Positions 1 to 12,849 are shown, counted from the stretch's first letter. The stretch is 64,000 bases of DNA from Callorhinchus milii (GCF_018977255.1 NW_024704743.1:96102001-96166000), one strand, 5' to 3'. Program-made: numbers and translations. Notes: generated by a model not told the origin, from the sequence alone.

Positions 1-521
1 AATTGCAAATTATTCTGTTTCACAGACAACATAACACCCTCATAAATTATCGATTCTTTCTCCTACTTTAAAACAAACATTGGATTCCACTTTCAATATC
101 CTGAACCATATACTGGAGGCTTAATTTATTGAGAGCATATTATAAGATATACCTTAACCTTGGAGCTATGGACTATAAATTGCTTGAACTTCTATTCCTC
201 CTCGCAGTTTTTGATGTTTGAACTCCCTGAGTTAGCCTTAGTCCTTTAGCACAATCCAAGCTGTTGCTTAACATGCAGATACTTATCCACATGGAAACCC
301 AGGTACAGCAAGGTGCCTCCAAACAGAAAGGAGTTTATATGTGAGTTCCAATGCAGCAGCACACAGATACAGCCATAGCAAAATGAACCTTAAGGTGATG
401 GGAGGTGTGAGCAATTGAATAAAGGAACCTTTCTGGTGCTGGGATCGTATCTATTGAATAAAGTATATTTTTGTGGAGATATCTCACTACTGCACTACTG
501 TTTTATTTTTGCCTTCCACAG

Positions 522-680
522 ATTCCTCCTGAGTCTGTGCTGATCATGTGCAACTTATATGGACAGCCCAGTGGTGATGCTTTTGTCATGTTTCCATCAT
601 TGGATGTGGCCAAACAAGCGATCATACAGAAGAACCGCCAACACATTGGCAATTGCGATGTGAACCTTTACTTGTTGTGA
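522..680 (+). CDS. Terminal coding exon of a quasi-RRM RNA-binding protein (RBM12/ESRP/hnRNP F-H-like); upstream exons lie outside the window
   Basis: Polypyrimidine tract plus acceptor (ttttatttttgccttccacag, AG at 520-521), phase 0. Translation IPPESVLIMCNLYGQPSGDAFVMFPSLDVAKQAIIQKNRQHIGNCDVNLYLL* has the qRRM G-x-P-S/T-G-D/E-A-F-V-x-F motif and ends right after the last strand, as the last RRM of RBM12 does. Confidence 0.8.
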   Translation: MPPESVLIMCNLYGQPSGDAFVMFPSLDVAKQAIIQKNRQHIGNCDVNLYLL

Positions 681-949
681 AACATGATGTGCTGCTTAGA
701 GTGGAAAGCACAGGTTGAAACCATACTTACACACAAATTAGAATACTGTAACAATGAATGAAGTTTTTTTTAAAGGTAAACCTTTCTAACTGCAGAATGA
801 TGCCATTTTTCACTAGCTCTTAGAAAATAAGAAAACCTAGATGTGTTAGCAGCAAGTAGCCATTTTATCTAATTAGTACAATCTATAATGTTCAACCTTT
901 TACATGAATATTAAAAGTTAGATGTCAATATATGTTGTCTATATACAGC

Positions 950-1400
950 CACTTCCTGGTCAATCATTCCCTCTAACACAATCTATACAAGGCTCTTCCC
1001 TGCTTATCATTCCCTGCAACACAACATATACAAAGCACTTCACGGTCAAAACCTATACAAGGCTTTGCCCTGCCTATCATTCCTTGGAACACAACCCATA
1101 CAAGGTTTTGCCCTGCCATTAGTTCCTGGATTACAATCGTACAAGGTTCTTCCTGCCAATTGTTTCCTGTAAAAACATAACCGATAGAAGGTTCGTCACT
1201 GCCAAATCATTGCTGTATTAGAACTTCCACAGGACTCTTCTGCCAATCATTCCCGTAATGTAACCTCCACAGTGTTCCTTGCTTGTTATAATTGATATGA
1301 GTCACTTGTGTCCGTGCAACTTGTTACTGCAATAGAAAACCAATGCATGTCAATCATTCCTGAAAAAACACTCCGGTAACATACAAGATTCTACCTACTA
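950..1400 (+). repeat. Degenerate ~43-bp tandem repeat in the presumed 3'UTR
   Basis: Recurring unit close to aatcattccctgcaacacaacctatacaaggctcttccctgcc; one more unit at ~1713-1760 beyond a SINE. Confidence 0.75.
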
Positions 1401-1406
1401 ATTAGG

Positions 1407-1705
1407 TGTCAGCCTGGCCCAGTTGGTAGCACTCTCACTTCTGAGTCAGAAGGTTGTGGGTTCAAGTCTATGTTGGGACTTTGAACCCACAGATAGAACT
1501 GTATGTTGGATGAGCACTGCATTGTCGGGGTGTTATTCTTCAAATTAGACATTAAATCAAGGTGTTTGTTCAGGTGGACATTAGAGTCCTCAGTTGTAAT
1601 CACAAGGGAGTTTCTCCTGGTGTCTTGGCTAACTATCCTCCAGATAAAAATGTTAACTCTGCAAAGCCCTTTGAGATGTTTTGATGTAATAAGGTGCCAT
1701 TGTCA
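1407..1705 (+). mobile_element. Old DeuSINE (SacSINE1-like), internally deleted
   Basis: tRNA-like head (cagttggtagcactctc...tctgagtcagaaggttgtgggttcaagtc), body attaaatcaagg...ttcaggtggac, degraded L2-type tail; the same family recurs across the window. Confidence 0.7.
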
Positions 1706-2637
1706 AGGATTACAATCACTGCTATAACACACTTACACAGAGCTCTACCTGCCAATCACTGGTGCAATCCATCTATCATGGTTCCTTTCCTTCACCAATG
1801 TTCGTGGATAAGTGTTCATTTTCCTGTTTGACATTCAGAGAATTGGACCTCAAGGCCCTGGCTCTAGCCTGGTTTTCTTTACCATGTATAATAGGTGCAT
1901 CTGAGCATTGCATAAGAAAAATCACAAAAATATAAAATAAAAATATGTAAAGGATGTTTACAAACATAAGGTCAAGCCTATTCTACATGCTGCCGCTCCA
2001 AACCAAAAGAACAATATTGTGCAGATGATTAAAAGTGTTCTAGTGTGGTTTTGATATTTAGAGACCATAGTGGTCAACATTTTATCTACTGAAGCCTGAC
2101 AGGAATACTGTTCCTATTTACTTCAATCTCTGGACATCAGTATAGTTGACTGGTCACTAAAATGGTGGTCAAACTGGGAAGGCTAAAGACATACAGTGGA
2201 ATAAGTAGAATACAGAAAGTGTTAAATTAATTAAACTGAATTATTCTGTATCTGAAATGTTATCTTAAACTGTGTATTGCATGCTTAGATTGTAGATTCA
2301 TAGAATTCTTGTTTTTGCTGTTAAATGCAGAATTTCTGTTCACATTATTGGAAGTCAGATATTTCCACTTTAGTGTATTTGATTGTGGCAGATAACTTGG
2401 ATATAAATTTTACTAAGATTAATGTCAATAAGCACTAAAACGTAGAACGCCATTTTATTGGAAAGCAATAGCTCAAGGAGTGCAATACTTGAGATTGGTT
2501 CTCTGTATTAGAATATAATAATAATCCTCATTATTGTAATTCGCACATTTCAATTTTTTAAAGATAAATACTTAAATACTGTATATGCAAACAATTATAT
2601 ATTTACCAGTACATTTATATATTAAATTCATTGTTTA

Positions 2638-2643
2638 AATAAA
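2638..2643 (+). promoter_or_regulatory. Candidate poly(A) signal for the qRRM gene
   Basis: AATAAA after an AT-rich UTR-like stretch, followed by GT/T-rich sequence (gtatgttttcaatttttttt). Confidence 0.45.
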
Positions 2644-4159
2644 ATTCTGTAAGTATGTTTTCAATTTTTTTTCTGGTCATTATTTTGGGACCAGCCAAGT
2701 GAACTGCAATATTCTTTTCTGGGCCCGTACATTCCTCCATTCCTATTGGATCTGAAGTCAAATTAAATGTTTGGATTAGAGATGGGACTGATGGCAGGTG
2801 GTGAGTTAGCTAACTGACTGATTTGTGTGTGTTGCTGACACTTACTGTCCAAGATCCCACATGAAGAACGGTCACTTGGATATAGAACTATATCCTCTGT
2901 AGGCTGAGAATGCCTTCATGAGAGAAAAGAGAAGTAAATTAGTTAAAAACAAACAGGTACATTATGGAACATATAAATCAGTTTTATAATCAGATATCTG
3001 GTCCAGTAGTGCTTCGCAGTGGAAGTTAAAGGGTTGTTCCATAAATAATAATAATTTGTCACTCAATCCACGACTGTTTGTGGGACACTGCTGTGCGCAA
3101 TTGGCTGCCTAGTTTTGCCCACAAAACATACAGTTAATCCACTTTACAATATTTTCTATGAAGCGCTTTGAGACATCTCAATGATGTGATAAGGCGCCAT
3201 ATAAAATGCTAGAATTATTATTATATGCTGGAAATTTCTGCCTGGACGTTTCATACTTTTGCTGGGATTAAATATGATCAAGCTTGTAGCCAGGGAACGC
3301 ATTCTTCCATATCATTCAACGTGTATGTATTTTAAAAAAGAATCATTGTTTTTCTAAACATGATGCACTTGTCCTTCAAACAGAAATATAGTTTGCCAAA
3401 ATCACCACAGAACTGTTCCCTACAATCACCACCTCTGCACATTTTAAAATATAATAGGCAGCTTCAAAGATGTAACCTGCATCAGTGATCAGGTGCTCTT
3501 AGGATTTATGACGTTCTTTAAACCCTTAATTTGTTGGCTGTGATATGCTCCTGGTTTTATGGAGTATATCTGAGGATAATGGCTGAGTGCTATGGATTAC
3601 AGCACATAGGTTTGTTTCAGGATTTCTAGCATGGTAAGTTCCTGATTATAACCATACTTTTTTGCTGATTGATAACTGTATTCTTGGATGAAAAATTAGA
3701 TATTTAAGTAATATCTCTTAAATTGAATGACCATGTCAAAGCACTAAAATATGAGGAGCACTGGATACGGAGAAGGGAGAAAAAGGATGTTGATCGTAAG
3801 AGAATATGTTTTTAGGAGGGTGTTGAAGGCTGGAGCATGGTTGCTGATGATCATGGGGGAGAGGGAGGGATAGATCAGAATCAGGAGCCAGAAGGGAAAG
3901 AGTAGGAGAATAGGACTGAAGGAAATTTCAGACAAGGGTGTGTGTCTGCCTGGTTCAATTGGAAACATTCTCATTCTGAGTCAGAATCCTGTGGGTTCAA
4001 GCTCCACATTGGGCCTTTAAAACTTGCATAGTCAAAGCTGACACTCCAGGGGTTGACGCATTATCAGAAGCACACATAATAAGGCACTGTCAAGATGTTA
4101 AGAAGATAGTTTCTGAAGGATCGACTGACATTGCTATTGGGGTAGTGGGGGGTGAGGGG

Positions 4160-4709
4160 ATGAAGGGGGTCTCCTTGGTGTTGAACTGACTCCAAGGTCG
4201 AATGTCGGAATCGAGCCACCTTTTGTGGCAGTCTCGATAGTCCAGTTCCTGAGCCAGGTGGGTCTGTAGTTCTCCAAAGCATAATTGTTGACAGCACAGC
4301 CAGCCTGGCTCATTGACAAGACTTGGAAGGGTAGACCAGTCACTGGCAGTAGGGAATCCTCCCTCTCAGCTCTTGTTAATCCTGCAAGCCATAGCCCTAA
4401 TGGGTAGGGTGGTCCTAACTGGACAAGCAGCAGGAAAGCATACCAGACAATATTATCAATTGCAAGCTGTGTGGATTTAGCTGGTTGGACTCCAGCAGTA
4501 CCCAACACACACTCTGGGGTCCCCAAGCCTTGGCTTTTGCCAATCGGAGTCTAATACTTTCTGGAATTAGGCAAGCAGGATGCGTCCTTCCAGGGGAGAG
4601 TGTGCATTTCGTTCCAATAAACAATGTAGGTGTAGGTGGGATGCATGGAAATTTCAGCTTGGTTTGGATACTCTTAAGCATGGTGATGGGTTTCCAAATG
4701 TGTCAGACA
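4160..4709 (+). mobile_element. Partial copy (right part) of the unclassified element at 56550-58328
   Basis: Aligns by eye to ~57750-58328 (gtctccttgg...cagcacagccagcctgg...ctgcaagcca...ctggaattagg...gtcagac). Confidence 0.8.
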
Positions 4710-4838
4710 TCAACTGATCAAAAAAAACAGAGAGCTGGAGAATGCTACTACAATATAAGGAATGTTGGAATAAAAAGCTTTAAATAATGGAGAAGATGTG
4801 TGTGGCACCACAGTTTTCGCACAAATCCAACAGCTTAA

Positions 4839-6718
4839 AATACAATACAATATTACATTTGAGAAGCACTTTTTGCATCATAAGGACTTCCCAAGACACT
4901 GAACAGTCAGGGAATAGGACCCGAGTGGGGAGGGGTGGGGGTTTGGGAATAGGGAGGGTGGAGGTCAGAGACGGTAGGAGGGTGGCCAAGGGCACGGTCG
5001 AAGAGGAGGGTCTTGAGGTGTGCCTTAAAGGAGGTAAGGGAGGGAGCGAGACAAAGGGAATGTGGAATGAAGTTCCAGAGGATGAGAGCAGAGAGGCTGA
5101 AGGCTGGACCGCCAATGGTAGGGCAGGCCTGGTGGGGGACATGGAGCAGGCTGGAGCCTGCTGAGCAGAGGGAGCAGACAGATTGATAAGGCCAAGGCCA
5201 GGGAGGACCTTGAAGGTGAGGACAATGATTTTGAACTCGATCCCCTGAGGGATAGGGAGCCAGTCGAGCCAGGCGAGGGTGGGTGTGATGGGGTCACAGA
5301 ACCTGGTGCAGGAGAGGACACAAGCTGCAGAGTTCTGGATGATCTGCAGCTTGTGGAGGGAAGAGTTGGGAATGCCGATGAGCAAGGCATTGGCATAGTC
5401 GAGCCTGGATGTAATGAAGGTATATTTGAGATTTTGGCCGCATGAGGGGTGAGGCGGGGCGGAGTCGGGCAATGTTATGGCTGTGGGGGAGAAAGGACAT
5501 TTGAGGATCGAGCAAGACTCCAAGGTTCCTGACTGGCTTGGTGAGGTGGAGTGTGCATCCAAGGAAGCTGATGCCTGAGATGCTGAGGCGCTGGCATGAG
5601 CCAATCAGCAGAGCCTCGATCCTGCTGATATTCAACTGTAGAAAGTTAGCTCTCATCCAAGACTTGATATCTGGCAGAAATTCTGTCAGGACATCAGTGG
5701 TCCTGGAATCGAGGATGGAGGCAGAGAGACAGAGTTGAGTGTCATCCATGTATATGTAGAAGTCAACCCCATGTCTGCGAATGATGTCACGAAGAGAGAG
5801 CATGTCCAGGTTGAAGAGGAGGGGACCGAGGACAGAGCCCTGAAGAACATTGCACGAGACAGTGCAAGGGCTGGAAGTGAAGTTGTTTGTGGAGATAAGG
5901 TAGAGTCAGTGTGAGAAATAGGATCTGAATCATTCAAGGACAGAACCTTGAAGGTTGAGGTGAGAAGAGAGGTGGTGGAGGAGGATAGAGTGGTCCACAG
6001 TATCGAAAGTAACAGAGAGGTCGAGAAGGATGAGGAGACAGAGGGAGCCCTGGTCACAAATGGACAGAGTGTCATTTGTCACCTTGACCGGGGCTGTTTC
6101 TGTGCAGTGGGCAGCATGGAACCTCTTGGAGGGGTTCGTAAAGGGAGTGATAGGAGAGGAAGGAGTGAATCTGGGAAGCAACAACGCTTTCCAGGACCTT
6201 AGAAAGGAAAGGGAAGGGAGGTTGGAGATGGGGCGGGTACTTTGTGAGCAGGGATGGGTCCAGGGAAGGTTTTTTTAGGATAGGGATGATGACAGCTGTT
6301 TTTAGGAGGGTGGGAACGGTGCCAGTTGACAGGAAAAGCTGGACAAGATCTGAGAGTAAAGGGGCGAGGTGGAGCTAGGAGGTAAAGAGAGGTGTAGGGA
6401 TGGGGTTGAGGGAGAGGTGGTGGGCTTCATGCGTGTTATAGTGGTGGTGAGAGATGAGAGAGAGACAGTTTTGAAGGTGTGGAGGGAGGGATGAGTAGGG
6501 AGAGATGGGGAGTGAGTGGCGGTTGGGAGGGCAGAGGTGGTTGAACAGATCTCGTCTATTTTGGTCTCGAGGAAATCCAGCAGCTCCTCGTAGTTGGTAG
6601 AGAGGATGGGCAAGGCGTGAGAGGGTAAACGAAAGAGCTGGTTGGTAGTGGAGAAGAGGAGCCTGGGGTTGTCTTTGGCCTTGACGATTATCTTGGAATA
6701 GAAGGACGATTTAGCGGA
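4839..6718 (-). mobile_element. L2-clade LINE, 5'-truncated, decayed reverse transcriptase
   Basis: Frameshifted peptides LLDLSVTFDTVDH, YIYMDDTQL (YADD equivalent), SRLDYANALL, LQIIQNSAA, WLPIPQGIEFK; (TTGTA)n tail. Confidence 0.92.
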
Positions 6719-6823
6719 ATAGTGGAAATGTTCAAAATCAGAACAGATTTATGTTAGTTGAGCACTGTTCTTCTGTGGCTGTTGAAACAGATTGCGCACT
6801 TTTTTCCATTGTCCTGATATTTA

Positions 6824-7147
6824 GTGGAGTCCTGTAGCTCAGTGGTTAGAGCACGCGCTTTGCAAGCGAGAGACCTGAGTTCATTTCCAGGCAGGTCAGG
6901 GCGAAACCTTGGGCAAGTTTCCTTACTCCACACGCCTAATAATAATCCCTCAAAAAAAACAATAATAAATTGGTCATTTTCAATCTACGACTGTTTGTGG
7001 GACATTGCTGTGCGCAATTGGCTACCGCGTTCGCCCACAAATATACAGTCAATTCACTTTACAGTGTGTTCTGTGAAGCGCTTTGGGACGTCCTCCCGAC
7101 GTGAAAAGCGCTATATCAAATGCAAGGATTATTATTATTATTATTAT
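6824..7147 (+). mobile_element. Young full-length tRNA-Ala-derived DeuSINE
   Basis: A box TAGCTCAGTGG, anticodon-like arm with TGC loop, B-box-like GAGTTCAT/ATTCC, Deu-like core ctgtttgtgggacattgctgtgcgcaattggct, L2-type tail, (TTA)n; flanking duplication TATTTAGTG. Confidence 0.92.
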
Positions 7148-8062
7148 TTAGTGTATAACTTACCCACTGTATTTTTTACGTTCTGCACAATGCAAATGCA
7201 TTTTAGCATACAGTTAGGCTAATGCGAATTAATATTCAACATAACATTTATTTTGATTGTTACAAAAATATCATCAAGAAAGCCTTTGTGAAGCTATTTA
7301 ATGTAACCTGCGTCCCCAGAAGGGCCATAGCCAAGAGAAACTAGATTGATTGCACCAAATATTGAAACAGCAACATAAACCCTGAAGTAAATATAGGATT
7401 ATGCAAACCTGGAGATGTTTTGATGAACTTGTAGCCTGGTTGTATGGCTGAAAGATGTCTGAACAAATCAACAAAGCTCCTTATGAAAGCTAGCCCAATG
7501 TTGAAAGGAAAGGGCTGTGTTTGTTTTCTACATACCCTTTTGTATTGCTGTTTTGCTGTTGTATGGCAGGTGGCAGCAAGTATATTGCAGATTGATGAAT
7601 GATATGTTAGTATATTACCAAATATAACAAATACTAAATAATCACCAAAGCCGGTGGGGGGTGGACGACAGAGAGTTTGAAGTATTTCACTTCCTCAATT
7701 TTAACACAGTGATTCAGTGATATAGTTTGAATTTTTCAGCACTTTTTTTGGTAAGTTCTGGTCATGGACACAGACTTAAAAGGGCAGCCAAATATAGGGT
7801 ACCGGCTTATTTGAACGGGTGGCATGGTATTCAACCGCTCCTTCAGTCATTTTCAGTACCTCGCCCCCTTGCGCTGCACCCCTCCCTGATCCCAGCCCCC
7901 AGTTTGGGTACAAATCCTTCCCAACGTGAAAAGCACTAGTTGGACTACCCTGCCTTACTGCAATTCACTTCCTTCGCTTTCCTTATTTCTGAGACAAGAG
8001 TTTCCTGTTTCAATTTGTGGGTAAGAATAAAGCTACCAAGATCTGAAGGTGGCTTGAGCCCT

Positions 8063-8240
8063 GAACATATTCAAGACTGAGGTTGATAGATTTCAAAAGG
8101 ATAGAGGAATTAAGGGATATGAGGATAAGGCGGGTAAATGGAATTAGGTTAGAAGATCAGCCATGATCTTATTGAATGGTGGGGCAGGCTCGAGGGGCTG
8201 AATGGCCTATTCGTGCTCCTACGTCTTGTGGTCTTATGGT
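8063..8240 (+). mobile_element. CR1 LINE 3' end
   Basis: ttcaagactgaggttgatagatt...gatcagccatgatcttattgaatgg...ggctcgaggggctgaatggcct with an 8-nt repeat tail; matches 23911-24130. Confidence 0.8.
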
Positions 8241-10637
8241 CTCATGTTTGTCTCCAAATAACTGTCCCGCACCCTCTGTTGCACAACCAATCGATAGAGA
8301 TGGACGGTGTGTGAACTTGCGGAACAGAATTGCATCCACGCACAAAGAAAAAGCGATGACTTCATCCAGGCATTGTACGAAGTACAGCATCAACTATGCT
8401 GAGTTGTGTGGATTCAATACATTGCCACTCTCTTCTCCTTTGGAAGACTTGAAATGTGGATTGACACTTGTATTTTTGAAAATTTCCAAGAGAACACTGT
8501 GTCCCTCCCAGAAACTGGTCTAATTGAGCTCCAAAGTACCCCAGGCAAGGTGCAGAAGCAACTTTGAGGCTTGAATACCTTTAAGTTTAACCCCCTCAGG
8601 TCCACAAAAGCATTGTGCAGCAAAATAAAATGAGTGCTCTAATGCATGCTTGCAGGGATGGAATCAAATTCTAATGCCATTAATTAAAATGCCAATTAGC
8701 AGTATCAAGCCAATTTTAAAGTATATACTGCACACTTTGGGTTCTTGTGTGTAGAGGCACTGCCTGATGCAGGATACTCAGTAGGGAGGGAAAACAAATC
8801 AGTCAGAGTGTGCACTTTGGATCACTGCAGGTGAAAGATGTTATAAAAATGTGAATTATTGCTGTTTGCTTTACCAACTTGAATCATGGTGGAAGCTTCA
8901 CCAAAGACATTATAATGATGGTAGTGTCCCTTTAAATGCAAAGGTTCGCCTTTACATTGTTTAGAAATATTTTATTGCTATTACTCTATAGAAAACATGC
9001 TTGTGGAACTCAAAGCTGCCCAGAGCATTCAGTTCTTGTGTGGTTGAGGGAATGTTCTTTACATTACATCAGACAGTTTTCAGGGATTGTTTAAAGAAGC
9101 AATGAGCTCATGTCATACTGTTTATTGGGCTCACTAAATAGCGTATTTTGTGGTAAATATTTTGCCACTAAATCTCAGAGGAGCAAAGTGTTGACGCAGA
9201 CTGTAACCTGCTTCTGCAGTCACGGTGACTGTGCCTCTCAATGGTTTCACAGCACAGTACTGGTTACTCTGCCTCCTCCAGTTGTTTTCTCTTCGCCAGT
9301 TGGCACTGGCATCCCTCCAGCACTTTGCCCGCTGAGCTTCTTCAAGGCTGCCTCCAAACAATGAGTTGGAAGTTTACTGAAAACCTGAACCCAGTGGTAG
9401 CAGAGTCAAGGCGTCACAGGCTGGCGCAATAGCTTAGCAATAGGGGGATGGTTCCCCCGAGGGAGTTATTAGCCAGAATATCTCCAGGAGCAAAATGTCT
9501 CCACACATCACATATTTTTCATCTCGGTGTATTTTGAATCAGTGGTTGCACCAGTTATTATTAGCAGACTATGAAATCGACAGCCTGTGTTGGGGATAAC
9601 CTTCATTCTTCAATAGATTTCTCAATGGGAAGGACAATCATCGGACGACTAATTTAAACATCATTTCCAACAATTCCTGGTCAAAAAAATTGGTCCCCCA
9701 GAAAAAATTGGTCATTCACTTCATAGCTGTTTGTGGAACATGGCTGTGTGCAAACTACTTGCTATGTTTGTCTACAACATACACAATCACCATAGCTTAC
9801 AATAAACCCTGTGAAGCAATTTGAGATGTTCTCCTGACTTGAAAAGCGCTATATTGTATAAGTATTATTATTTTTTCAACACACAGTTGCTGTATTTGAC
9901 AGCAATTACTGTGAAGAGCTTCGAGTCATTTTGACCTAAGAAGGTTCTCTAAAAGTGTAAGTTCTTTCTTTCTAATTTCCCATAAATGCATAGAGCACAA
10001 CTTGTCAGAGAGTGCTTCGAGGTGATAATACATTCCGAGGGTGTCAGATGTTGAAAAGAGTTTTACAATTTATATTTTCTTAAGTAGCACAAGCCATGGG
10101 GTTGTTCACCCAGCCAGCAAATTAGACCTCTGTATGTACCTTTTCTCATTCTCCATGATTAAATATCATGCTCAGCACTCTCTGGCTATCTACTGTCTAA
10201 TGGCACTAAAACCATTATTATCTAGATGATCTCTGATGGTGCCAAGTGGCAGGACAAGAATGTTTTATAGAGGAATGACAAAGGACACTTGATGATAGAG
10301 CTGTGTCACAAGATAAAATAAGAAGATAATTTCTGAAAAGATCAAATCTTCTGAATCTATTTGACAAAACGTTTTACTTTGTTTTTTTTAGTTGTACTTT
10401 GTTACTATTATGGCTGTCAAACCAGTATTGTAAAGCACTTTGGGACATCCTCCTGAAGTGAAACGTGCTATATAAATGTAAAATTTGTATTGTATTGTGT
10501 TTTTAAAATATTGTTATACACAATATTGTATTTTACTCTGTACATTAAAGTGTAAAAATTGCTGGTGAATTTTAGCAAATCCATTGACTACACCTCACTC
10601 ACATGGAAACTGTAATCTTTGTGAAAAGGTAAATTAA

Positions 10638-10930
10638 GATCATAAGAATTTGCTAGGCAAAAAAAGACCAATGTCCATCTAATTCGACTTCCACCATCCT
10701 GGCAGTCACTTAGAATGTCGTGTCCCAAACTATATATTGTATCCCAAGATATTATTTTTTAACAGAAATCTATCTCATTTGTTCTTGAAACAAACAGCAC
10801 TTTCTGCTTCCACCATCTCCCTAGGGAACCTGTTCCATATGTTTATTACTTGCTCACTGAAGTTGCGTTTCTACGAATTTGTTCTGAATTTACCCCCTTC
10901 AATTGCAGGCCGTGTCCTCTGGTTCTACTG
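10638..10930 (-). mobile_element. CR1 LINE 3' fragment
   Basis: Reverse-complement similarity to 46000-46285 and same-strand similarity to 59918-60210. Confidence 0.7.
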
Positions 10931-11986
10931 TTCAGTACAAGTTGTCTCTATTTTGGTGATTTCTTTTTACTTGACATCCTTTTTTTATGAATGAACTGAA
11001 GCAACCACCAACCTGACTTTGGTGAACATTCTATTATTCAACCTAAAACGTAGCTTTTTAGTTTAAAATCCCAAATATCTAGCATTCGAGAGGACCCGGG
11101 TTCGATTGCTGGGCGGGGCAAAACTGTAGGCAAGCTTCCTTACTCAACACACCTCTGTTTACCTAGCAGTAAGTAGGAATCTAGTTGTTAGTCGATTGGC
11201 AGATCGCTTTTCCAGGGGTAATAATCCCTCAAAAAAAAATTGGGTCAATTTTTCTGCTCTAACCACTAAGCTAAACAAAACACTTTCCCAAATACTGAAT
11301 GTCCAGTGCCTTGGGACATCCTCCTGAAGTGAAAGGCGCTACACAAATGTAATTTTGTTGTTGTTGTTATAAGCTACAGTTAGCCAAAGGAATCATCCAA
11401 TATGCAAACGATGAATGTTTTTCCCAGACTAACACACTAGCTGGGTTTTCTCGAGTTTCAACATGACGAGGAACTAAAAATCCCTTGAAGCGAAATTGTT
11501 TAGAGCAATACTCTTCCCAGAAAAGGGCGAGATGTTTATGTTTCATTATTGCTACATTGTGTGCTCATCAGGGTGAGGGTTAGCAGTACAAGGCAAGGAA
11601 TCACTTTTCCATGATGCCCAGTGACCACATCAAGCTTTCCCACGTTAGATAAATCAGTTAGATACAGAGTACACATTCTACCTCAACAATCAGACCTATC
11701 ATAAACCAATTGCTAAAAATGTCAAGTCTTGTTGCTAGTTTACAATGGAAATCCCATCTTAAAACAGTAATGAAAAGATTGTTCTTTTATTGATTAGTAC
11801 ATCACCAAACTCGCGATAACTCAGTTTACGGCAAAATTGTGACATTATCCATTTTCTGTACGAAATATCCAGTGACCTTCATTGAGTGAGACTGGCACTT
11901 TCAAAATAATTTATTTCACTATGAACTCATATCAACTGGGAATAGGATTCAGACTCAAATTCCACTCACAAAAGGTCATAACTGCA

Positions 11987-12295
11987 ATAATAATAATCCT
12001 TGCATTTGATATAGCATTTGTCACGTCTTTTAGATGTCTCAAAGCGCTTCACAGAATATACTGTAAAGTGAATTGACCATATATTTGTGGGTGAAACGTG
12101 GCAGCCAATTGCGTTTAGCAGGGTCTCACAAACAGTCATGGATTGAAGTGATCAATTTATTATTGTTTTTTTTTGAGGGATTATTATCAGGCATGTGGAG
12201 TAGGGAAGCTTGCCCAAGGTTTCACCCTGCCGGGAATCAAACCCAGGTCTCTCTCTTATGAGGTGAGTGCTCTAACCACTCATCTACAGTGCTCC
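11987..12295 (-). mobile_element. tRNA-Ala-derived DeuSINE, diverged variant
   Basis: Reverse complement of the head, core and tail seen at 45638-45940. Confidence 0.85.
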
Positions 12296-12849
12296 AGGCA
12301 AGTAGGAACCCGGTTGTTAGTCGATTTTCTAGGGGTAATCCCTTCAAAAAAATTATTATTATTTGGTCACTTAATCCACAACTGTTTGTGGGTCACTGCT
12401 GTGCACAATTGGCTGCCGAGTTTTGATATTTGCCCACAAATTATACAGTCAATTTACTTTACAGTATATTCCGTGAAGCTCTTTGAGATTTCTACAAGAC
12501 TGGATGAGGTGCTACATCAAATGCAAGATTATTATACCTTGCTGCCAGCAGAGTTGGGAAACATTTAGATTGTTAGCTTGGTCTGAATCAAAACAAGATC
12601 CCAGGAGTGAAAGCCCAGTGTACTTATCCACTGCTGCACCTGGATCCCTTGAGATGAATTTAAACTACATTATTTAATGTGCCAATTAAGTCTTGTAACT
12701 CTTGTGCAATGCAGTTTGACTCAATGTCTGTGTAGATCAGAAGGTTATAGCCCCAGCCCAGTTTAAGCCCCAAATTGGGATAATGAGATTTCGCTGACAT
12801 TACAGCGTAATGCTGGAGGTGTTGTCCTTGTGGTAAGAAGTTAAACTCT

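Noticed and set aside
950..1400. CRISPR-like periodicity
   Set aside because: Whole units are homologous with no unique spacers, no cas genes, and the context is vertebrate.
6826..6895. tRNA-Ala(TGC)-like sequence, also at the other SINE heads
   Set aside because: No proper acceptor stem and it continues into a SINE body; these are SINE heads, not tRNA genes.
8240..8580. Coding-looking stretch (ORFs 8176-8523 and 8169-8393)
   Set aside because: Starts within a CR1 tail, frames are broken by stops, and I recognise no motif or splice pair.
9110..9432. Overlapping short ORFs on both strands
   Set aside because: No recognisable domain or convincing splice sites.
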